Assembly (NCBI GenBank): GCA_951406725.2
Contig: OX597820.1
Coordinates: forward strand, 58,776,001-58,840,000
Origin: Octopus vulgaris
Taxonomy: Eukaryota
Length of the DNA stretch: 64,000 nt
Direction: 5' to 3'
The notes under the pieces were generated by a model that saw only the letters and a list, made by a program, of their open reading frames with translations, had not been told where the DNA came from and made no database searches. Shown piece by piece: positions 56,204 to 64,000 of the stretch; the first letter of the stretch is position 1, and each line of letters opens with the position of its first letter. Position numbers and translations under genes: made by a program.

Positions 56204-59029
56204 TCAAGTGTAATGTTGGCGAATCTCAGGAAGCATGGAAGTTTTGAAGGATGCAGTGCTCCGACAACTAACAACTGATGCCGGCAGTTTGTTCCATGCT
56301 TCAGCGACTCTCAGCGTGAAAAAATGTTTCCTGAAGTCATGGGAGCTGTGCTGTTTTCTTACTTTGTAAATATGTCCACGGGTGTTAGATGGGTGGAGTT
56401 TGAAAAGGTGCTCAGAGTTATTGTTTGTACGATGGTTGATAATTTTATGGGTGTCTGCCAAGTCAGCTGCCAGACGTCGGAGTTTCAATGTGTCCATGCC
56501 CAGGGAAGTAAGTCGTTCAGGATATGGCAAATGCCTGATGGAGGGTATTCTTTTGGTTGCACGTCGCTGAACAGCTTCCAGACGATTGATATCCTGGGCA
56601 AGATAGGGGTTCCAGACCGGTGATGCAAATTCCAGGTGAGGTCTTACCATAGCTATATAAAGCCGCAGATAGATAGCCGGAGAGCGGCTCACAAAGGATT
56701 TGGTAAGTGATGCCAAGACACCCTCAGCCTTCTTAACAATTTTAGCGATGTGTTTTGTCCAATGCAAATCACTGTCGACAATAACACCCAGGTCACGTTC
56801 ACATGAAGACTTTTTGAGATTAGTGTTGTGGAGGGAGTAGGTGGACGCTGGGTTTCTCCTCCCAAAATGCATGGTGGTACATTTGTCCACAGCCAGCTTG
56901 CGTTGCCAGTCCATGATCCACTGCTGCATTGTGTCCAGGTCTGCTTGCAATAGAGATCTATAGTGTGCAGGATTTGACCTCTTTATTTCGAGGTACAGCT
57001 TGATGTCATCTGCATATTTCAGCACTGTGGCATTCTTTAAGTTGGCATCTATGTCATTAACATATGCAACAAATAAAAGGGGGCCAAGAACAGATCCCTG
57101 TGGTACACCAGATGCCATCTCATAGGGCGAAGAGTGCTGTCCTAGAACTGTGACAACCTCTTTTCGGCTGAAAATAAAGGACTTCAACCAGTTATAGAGT
57201 TCGTCTCTTACATCCAACGAAGAAAGCTTCACCATAAGTCTTTTGTGTGGCACAGAGTTAAAAGCCTTGGCAAAGTCCAGGTAAACAACATCCACCCATG
57301 ATCCGCGATCAGTGATTTGGGTAACGTCCTCAAGAAACTCGATGAGTTGATTACAGCAGCTGGAGTTAGGAATAAATCCGAATTGTGACGGCTGGATGAG
57401 GCTGTGAGACTTCCAGAAGTTCCAGAGGGTTTCTCTGATACAGGATTCCATCAGTTTGGCGATGCAGCTAGTAAGACTGACGGGGCGATAGTTGGCAGGC
57501 GATGTGCGGTCGCCTTTTTTGAACAGAGGGATGACACTGGCAGTTTTCCACTGTTCTGGAGTAACACCATTGTCAAGACAGAATTGGAAGAATAGAGAAA
57601 GTTGGCTTAGAAGAAAGTACCCACCGCGTTTGAGAAGTAGGTATGTAACACCATCGAGACCAGGAGAGGCATAATTGCGTTTATTCTTAAGTTGGCGTTG
57701 CAGCATTGCTGGTGTAAATTGCATAGTAGATATAGAGTCCGATATCAGTGGTGATGAAGATGGAACATTTTGGTCTTCGACAGCAAAGATGCCGGCGTAG
57801 CATCCAGCAATGATTTCTGCACATTCTTCGGGATTGCCAGTAATCTTTCCTGTGTGGGGATTGCGAAGGGGACCAACTGGAGAGTGGGATCTCTGCTTTG
57901 AGTGCACATACTTCCAGAACACTTTGCTGTCAGGGTTAGCTGCAATGCGTTGTTCAAATTCAAGCACTGCCTTTTTTGTCACCTGCTTGAGGTGGTTGGC
58001 TGACCTATTGCGCTTTTTCCTGTTGCTCTCTGATTTGTGCAATTTGCATTCCTGTTCAGCATTACGGCGTTCTTTCCTGGCAAGTCGGACTGTTGCAGTC
58101 TCCCAAATTGCACTATTGGGTGGTTTTTTGTGCTTGCGTGGTACTGATGCTGCACACGCTGCCCATATTGAATTCAGAATGTTCTGGAGTATAGTGTCCA
58201 CATCTCCAGAGGCATAAAATTCGCGCCAGTTTGGGCGTTGCAGCTCAGTACAATAAGAGCTCCAGTTTGCTTTATTCCAGTCAAAGCGGGCAGTCTGAAG
58301 ATGGTTGTGTTTTTTGTTACAACCAATCAGAGACAAGTCGGCCATGATCATGGAATGATCAGAGTCACCTAAAGGTTCTTCGATAGTGACACTAATGATT
58401 GTTTCAGGAGAAGCGGTTAGTAGCAGATCCAAAGTGTTGTTACCCCTTGTGGGGGAGGTAACAACTTGGGACCAATTTGAATTCAGCACCAGTTCAAGGA
58501 AATTGTCTGCACTTTGCGGCCAACGGAAGGCCTCCCAGTCAATCTCAGGGAAATTGAAGTCCCCCGCAATATACACATATGTGGCTGTTTTCATGGCAGC
58601 AGCTCTGAGGATATCAAAAAGCTGTGCGTCTTGGCGATAATTTGGAGGGCGGTAAACAACTCCGAGCAGAAGTGTTGACATGGTCATGTGTATATTGCAG
58701 AAAAATACCTCCTGCTGAGATTGGTTCAAATCATCACAGGGTATTGCCGATAGACTTGATCGAACATAAATCATCACACCCGCTCCACGGCGATTAATGC
58801 GGTCTTTGCCGAACAGGTTGTAGCCGGTTATGCTGAAAACTCCATCACAGAGTGCAGAGTGTGCCCATGTTTCCGTGACTGTGATGAAATCTGGGTTGAT
58901 ACTTTTGACGTAGGAGACAAAAAGATGCACCTTGTTGCATGAACTAAGGGCATTCAAGGATAGCAGTTTATATCTGGATTTCAGATGATGATATACAGGG
59001 GATGGCTGATTGTTCTTGGTTAGTTTCCC
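56204..59029 (-). CDS. LINE-c ORF2, intact APE endonuclease plus reverse transcriptase, no ATG at the N-terminus
   Basis: 917-aa ORF called from a TTG at 58957; the frame stays open upstream through 59029. Motifs VTETW, YRPP, GDFN, SDH, YRPVSL, LDFAKAF, GVPQG, YADD. Confidence 0.92.
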   Translation of the reverse strand, partial: GKLTKNNQPSPVYHHLKSRYKLLSLNALSSCNKVHLFVSYVKSINPDFITVTETWAHSALCDGVFSITGYNLFGKDRINRRGAGVMIYVRSSLSAIPCDDLNQSQQEVFFCNIHMTMSTLLLGVVYRPPNYRQDAQLFDILRAAAMKTATYVYIAGDFNFPEIDWEAFRWPQSADNFLELVLNSNWSQVVTSPTRGNNTLDLLLTASPETIISVTIEEPLGDSDHSMIMADLSLIGCNKKHNHLQTARFDWNKANWSSYCTELQRPNWREFYASGDVDTILQNILNSIWAACAASVPRKHKKPPNSAIWETATVRLARKERRNAEQECKLHKSESNRKKRNRSANHLKQVTKKAVLEFEQRIAANPDSKVFWKYVHSKQRSHSPVGPLRNPHTGKITGNPEECAEIIAGCYAGIFAVEDQNVPSSSPLISDSISTMQFTPAMLQRQLKNKRNYASPGLDGVTYLLLKRGGYFLLSQLSLFFQFCLDNGVTPEQWKTASVIPLFKKGDRTSPANYRPVSLTSCIAKLMESCIRETLWNFWKSHSLIQPSQFGFIPNSSCCNQLIEFLEDVTQITDRGSWVDVVYLDFAKAFNSVPHKRLMVKLSSLDVRDELYNWLKSFIFSRKEVVTVLGQHSSPYEMASGVPQGSVLGPLLFVAYVNDIDANLKNATVLKYADDIKLYLEIKRSNPAHYRSLLQADLDTMQQWIMDWQRKLAVDKCTTMHFGRRNPASTYSLHNTNLKKSSCERDLGVIVDSDLHWTKHIAKIVKKAEGVLASLTKSFVSRSPAIYLRLYIAMVRPHLEFASPVWNPYLAQDINRLEAVQRRATKRIPSIRHLPYPERLTSLGMDTLKLRRLAADLADTHKIINHRTNNNSEHLFKLHPSNTRGHIYKVRKQHSSHDFRKHFFTLRVAEAWNKLPASVVSCRSTASFKTSMLPEIRQHYT

Positions 59030-59784
59030 AAGATTTTTGTATTGCCAGTTGTTGTTGTGGGTGTAGTCTGCTCAGTCCAACTGGCATCCCTTATCCACGA
59101 CTCACCAGACTTGACAAATTTCCAGATCTGCCCATCATCGCGGAGGCTAAAACTCTCCCGTGGTACAGAGTTGCGATTTAGAGAAGCCACAGATCTTAGC
59201 TTTGGGCGTACATCGGGTGGTAGGCCAGGACGTGTTCTAAAGTTGATAATGTTGTCACGCCGAGCTCTGTCAGCAGCCAGATGGAATGTCCGCGCTTCAG
59301 TAAAGCCCGTACACAACAGCCTGATCAGACTGGGTTTGGATCCCGGTCGGCCAAGGCGGGAAGCACTTTTTGGAGGGACACAGCTGAGATCCCTAGCTGA
59401 GTTTCCAATGAATGCCTGCAGATCTGCCACATCTTCCGGCACTCTGATGGCTATTAATTCATGAGTGGCTGGTTCAGCAACTCCCTCGATGCGTTGAGGT
59501 TCTGTACGAGCTACAGGTAAGTTGCTGAGCAGGGCACTCCGATATGACCCTTCGCTGCGAGTTTTCGGACAGACACTGGTTCTGAGTCCTGCTACTTCAC
59601 GACTCAAAGCAGAAATCATTCGTCTAATTTCTGCAACTTCTGTGCTGATGGTCGATCTCTGTTTTAGTTGGGAAGCATCTATAATTATGGTTTCGATGCC
59701 CATCCGTTTAAAGTAAGTCAATTCCATAATTGGCATTTGGCAGAATCGTTTGAACTTTCCGACAAAATTCTTGCGCATATTCAT
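59020..59784 (-). CDS. LINE-c ORF1 (coiled coil plus RRM-like region), true start uncertain
   Basis: 254 aa immediately upstream of ORF2. Heptad-like EVAEIRRMISALSREVAGLR, SYRSAL motif, IRVPE and RLGRP motifs typical of non-LTR ORF1. Confidence 0.75.
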   Translation of the reverse strand: MNMRKNFVGKFKRFCQMPIMELTYFKRMGIETIIIDASQLKQRSTISTEVAEIRRMISALSREVAGLRTSVCPKTRSEGSYRSALLSNLPVARTEPQRIEGVAEPATHELIAIRVPEDVADLQAFIGNSARDLSCVPPKSASRLGRPGSKPSLIRLLCTGFTEARTFHLAADRARRDNIINFRTRPGLPPDVRPKLRSVASLNRNSVPRESFSLRDDGQIWKFVKSGESWIRDASWTEQTTPTTTTGNTKILGN

Positions 59785-59789
59785 CTTTT

Positions 59790-60128
59790 ACATTTTATCT
59801 TTTACTCGTTTCAGTCATTAGACTGCGGTCATGCTGGGGCACCATCTTGATGGGTTTTAGTCGAACGAATCGACCCCCCAGTACTTGTTTTTAAGCCTGA
59901 TATTTAGCCTATCGACCCTTTATGCCGAACTGCTAAGTTACGAGGACGTAAGCATACCAGCACCAGTTGTCAAGAAGTGGTGGTGGTGGTGGTGGGTCAA
60001 ACATAAACACAAAGGCACACACACACACATACACACACACATGCACACACACACACATTCGTACATACACACATAAACATATATGTACATACATACATAC
60101 ATATATAATACATACATACATACATACA

Positions 60129-60159
<31 letters not shown>

Positions 60160-60322
60160 GCATATACATATGTATATATGTGTATATAAATACATAATTT
60201 GTCTCATTCAGTTTCCGTCTACCAAATGAGTTCACAGGGCTTTGGTTAGCCCGGGGCTAAAACAGAAAAAAATTGCTCAAGAATTCATGCAGTAGGCTTT
60301 AACTCGGAACCATGTGGTTGGG
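59790..60322 (-). mobile_element. SINE family B copy with expanded central microsatellite
   Basis: Minus-strand tail ggtgccccagcatgaccgcagtctaatgactgaaac; head fragment ccaaccacatggttccgagtt. Confidence 0.75.
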
Positions 60323-61034
60323 AGACCTTTTAACTTTCTGCATTCAAATTCTGCCTCACTCGGCTTTTTTCCTTTCATTCCTCTGGGGTTGATAAAATAA
60401 AGTACCAGTTAAATATTAGGAACCATGGGCCCGGGAACAGGGGGGAGGGGCAGAGGGTTCAAACGCACCCCCCTAAAATTCTTGTGGGATGCAAAATCAA
60501 AATTTGCACCCCCACCTTTTCTCGGGTTTAGCAAACAGTGAGTAAAGAGTGATCTGTATAAAGTAGCTTGAATTAGGTTTCTTCTCAAAGAACAAAGGAC
60601 ATATAATATATATATATATATATATAAACAAATTCAAAATGCGATAAAATAAAATTAATTATTATCGCTGGTATTTCTAGCACAAGCCATATATTATTCA
60701 TATATAAGTACATTAAAAGGCGAAGTATGTACTAGAAACACAGAAGCTTGATAAATTTAGTGAAATGAAGATAAAAACGTTTACTAACTCGGTTCCTCTT
60801 AGACTGCAGTTTCGTTCTTTTCAGTAAAAAAAAAAATTTAATTACTCAGGGAGAATTCATCGGTAAGAGCCCTGTTATTGTGAAATCGCACCTCACTAGA
60901 AACATGTGCGTCTAATAATTTGCTCTCTCTAACTAATCAGATCACTGCGCAGACACCGAACGTACCCGACAAACTAGGGATTTCTGGTATATTGTCTAAC
61001 GCTGGTATATTGTCTAACGGTATATTGTCTAACG

Positions 61035-61069
<35 letters not shown>

Positions 61070-62394
61070 AATGACCTTATTTATAAAAGATTTTGGGCCT
61101 GGGTTTTCACTCCGTAAGTGAATTTCGTTCCCGAGCTAGGAACTGCACAATTTAATATTTTTATAAACCATCTTATATATGAATGGAAGAATTAATTCGC
61201 TTTTGTCTTTTGGTTTGCAAAATTATTAATGTAATCCCGTATGTTGAAACAAATTTTGTTGTCTATTAGGAGGGTCATTATGTCAATAAATAAACACACG
61301 CATTGGTCCTATTTCACTTCTTTTATTGCTGTTAGTGAATTCATTAACATTTAACCAATTAACTAATCAATTTCTTGATTAATTGTTCACTCAGTCAGTC
61401 AATCAGATATGCTTGTCAAGGTCATTTCGTCACCATCCGCGATCTCATCGATTACATGTCCTCTTTATTCCAGGTCTGCTTTTGGTATGTCCGCCATTTG
61501 TTTGGTCCCCAATAAGTAATCCTCTAAGCAGTCGTTTGGCCATCTAGAAATAACAGCCAAATTTCGTTCATATAACACTTTATTGTATTTAAAAAAGGAA
61601 GGACACATTTGATAATACAGTTCATTGCTTCGTACAAAAAGATAAGAAGCCGATGGCCATAGTTAAGGCCGGAATGATTTTTTTATCATTGGTCTGCTCC
61701 ATAAAGATTTAACTGAACTAAGGACTAAACAACAATACGAAAATGCCACGATGTGGTCACACGGCCTGCTAGAAATAGAAATCGAATCTTACTCAACTTA
61801 ATTACACATGACCATCATCGTAAAACATGGGATAATGAAATTTTGGTTACATTACGTCTGATCTGATAAAATAACTTCCTGTTCATCGAGACCATAGCTC
61901 TGTCTGACCAACAGCTAATGATGATGTTGCATGTTAACTGATTTGAATGTCAACCGAATCCACCTGAAGTATGATCCCCCTACCTTTCTTTAGTTGGGAA
62001 AAGGAGACAGTTCTATGTCTGGTGGCCGAAATGAAAGATATTATATGAAGCACATTACTGAAAGAACCGAAGACATCCACTTGCCTCTTTCGCCAAACCA
62101 TCAAAATTCTCATGTTTTCTTTGGAGAGAAAAGCTGTTGGCGGAAAGAAAGGTATGGTTTCCAGTTAAGTTGTTAAGTGTTTGAGAATGGTAAGAATGGC
62201 CCCAGTTAATAGACCTGTCCCCAGCCTGTTCTTGTGGGCTGAAATCACTGTCATGAGAATGTACTCTCCCTTAGAAGTCAAGATAGTTTTGGCTCTGTAG
62301 GGTCCGTTAATCAACTCTTGGTGGCTTCTCCTTACTGGGAAATTTTCAATTCATTTCCTTTGTATATTTTGTATATTTGTTTTCTGTGTAAGTT

Positions 62395-62426
<32 letters not shown>

Positions 62427-63368
62427 TTCTACTATCATTCTTGATGTTGTCTTGTCCTTCTCGGTCTCATATCCACCGAACCAATGAAAGTGGCTGCTTG
62501 AAAGAGTAATGAAATTTCCCTCAAATTACACATAACAAGACTCATTGAATAAAAGCACTCCCAGATATCACGTGTCTTCTGTTCGACACTTCCAGACACA
62601 TTGTCAGAGAAAAGACTGAATTATCATGGCTGCTGTGTCCTTAATCATAGGAGTGCCCCTTCAAAATTTACCAGAAGATAAAAAGCAACAACAGCATCAT
62701 CGTCGTCGTCGGAAGTAGCGTAACTTAACGCATAACTGCATCTCTCCTCTGTCTAGTTGTCTGTCTGTCTCTCTGGTTGTCTGCCTGTCTGCCTTCTGCG
62801 TGCGTACCTGCCTACCTGCCTGCCTGTCTGCTTGCCTGTATAGCTTTGTCCGTGACTGTGTTCGACTGACCCCTGCCTGTTGTTCTCTATTATAACAAGA
62901 TGTATTTAGCTTAATCAAAGCCTGACTGGTTTTCAATCAGCAATTTGGAATTTGTTTGAATTTTTCTTAAATGTGATGTGTAGTTCTTGGGACGATTGAT
63001 TAGATTTTCCATGGCGTCATGCCTCAGTTTGAAAGACCCCGTTATGTTGTTTATTAAAACCTGATTGAAAACAGAATCCAGGTTCAAATTGAGGTAGAGA
63101 CATGCTACAACTGCAATATCCTTACCATAACATTCCATCTTGGAATATTATATTATAATTTCTAATATTGGCAGAAGAGAACATCCACTTTGGAGAGAAC
63201 TGACTTTGTAACCTTCGATAGATGAACGGGAAAGGTGAGTTTGATAGCGTTTGAATGTAAAAGGCGAAGGGGTGTAACAACTGCAAGGAAGTTTATCCGT
63301 CACTTTCTTGAATTTACTAATCCACTGAATTAATAACTTTTTTGTTATAATATCATCTCTGGTTGCAG

Positions 63369-63563
63369 GTGCAATGGTACAATTATTTGGCTGAAACAAA
63401 ATACCACCTTCCTTATCAGAAAGACACTATAGCTTTTACTATAATTGGTCGACCTGATATGTTTGAGAAAGCATTTAAAACATTCGTATGTAACAACACC
63501 AGCAAGCCACATATTGATACTGACTACAAGTTTATCATGTTTTATATGAAGAAGATCCAACAG
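63369..63563 (+). CDS. Candidate plus-strand exon (VQWYNYLAETKYHLPYQKD...KKIQQ)
   Basis: ttgcag acceptor, cag|gtaagc donor, 195 bp = 65 open codons. Confidence 0.4.
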
Positions 63564-63691
63564 GTAAGCTTTTGAACATAATCCAAGAGTTAATCTAAAC
63601 TCAAGCCAAATTTTCAATACAGAACGATAGAATGATAAAACTGCATATACACACATCTTTGATCCATTTAACAGAAAGAAAGTCTCTAGAC

Positions 63692-64000
63692 CAGGGGTGG
63701 GCAAACTACGGCCCGCCATAGGTTTTCATGCGGCCCGCCGAGAGCTTTTATGAATCCCAACGTCTATGCAGATACTTCGTAACTGTTTCAGTTGTACGGT
63801 AATTCACAATAGTTTGCATTTTATTTCAGTTCACTGTTTCGCGCCTTCACAAAATTGTCCGCTGTTTGTTTGTTTCAGCTACCGTGAAGCGATGAAAAAT
63901 TTCGAGAAATATTCCCATGACATCATAATAAAACACATTTCCGGGTGAAGATATCTTTTCTGTGTTTTCTCGTCAGACCCTACAAAAACAAAAATTAATA
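63692..64000 (+). mobile_element. hAT (Charlie-like) transposon left end
   Basis: TIR CAGGGGTGGGCAAAC with cggcccgc subterminal repeats, preceded by an NTCTAGAN-type target CTCTAGAC at 63684-63691. Confidence 0.8.

Larger units (their letters stand above)
56041..59784 (-). mobile_element. CR1/L2-group LINE (LINE-c), near full length, (ATT)n tail
   Basis: ORF1 plus intact ORF2, a ~140-nt 3' UTR and an (ATT)n tail around 56041-56062. Confidence 0.93.

Noticed and set aside
56324-59716. Plus-strand ORFs antisense to LINE-c (and similar ones antisense to LINE-a and LINE-b)
   Set aside because: Shadow ORFs of the coding strand with no motifs.
60984-61035. Three short ggtatattgtctaacg direct repeats as a regulatory array
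   Set aside because: Adjacent to (TA)n and consistent with local slippage duplication; no supporting context.

Overview
AT-rich, microsatellite-laden eukaryotic (metazoan) DNA. The SINE, LINE and Helitron repertoire resembles what I recall from octopus/cephalopod genomes; this is an inference, not a verified assignment. Most recognisable sequence is transposable elements, many inserted in (TA)n tracts. These include three copies of a ~2.4-kb non-autonomous Helitron (1-2131 -, 6622-9037 +, 50009-52495 -) and a second, apparently chimeric Helitron with a PIF1-helicase fragment and a 166-bp tandem array (18063-20047). There are three long CR1/L2-group LINEs (one degenerate, one 5'-truncated with an open ORF2, one with an intact ORF2), Penelope-like remnants with hammerhead-ribozyme motifs, mariner and hAT remnants, and several SINE families. 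Candidate GT-AG exons of one or two unidentified minus-strand host genes lie between ~24.7 and 49.4 kb. Most notable: (i) -1 slippery heptamers at the ORF1/ORF2 junction of two different LINE families; (ii) a LINE/SINE shared 3' tail with a covarying stem-loop; (iii) a near-complete type I hammerhead after a GIY-YIG remnant, plus a dispersed family of minimal hammerheads; (iv) an inverted Helitron trio and a nested SINE>Helitron+LINE insertion. No rRNA, confident tRNA gene or CRISPR array was seen. All alignments were by eye and coordinates of degenerate repeats are approximate.
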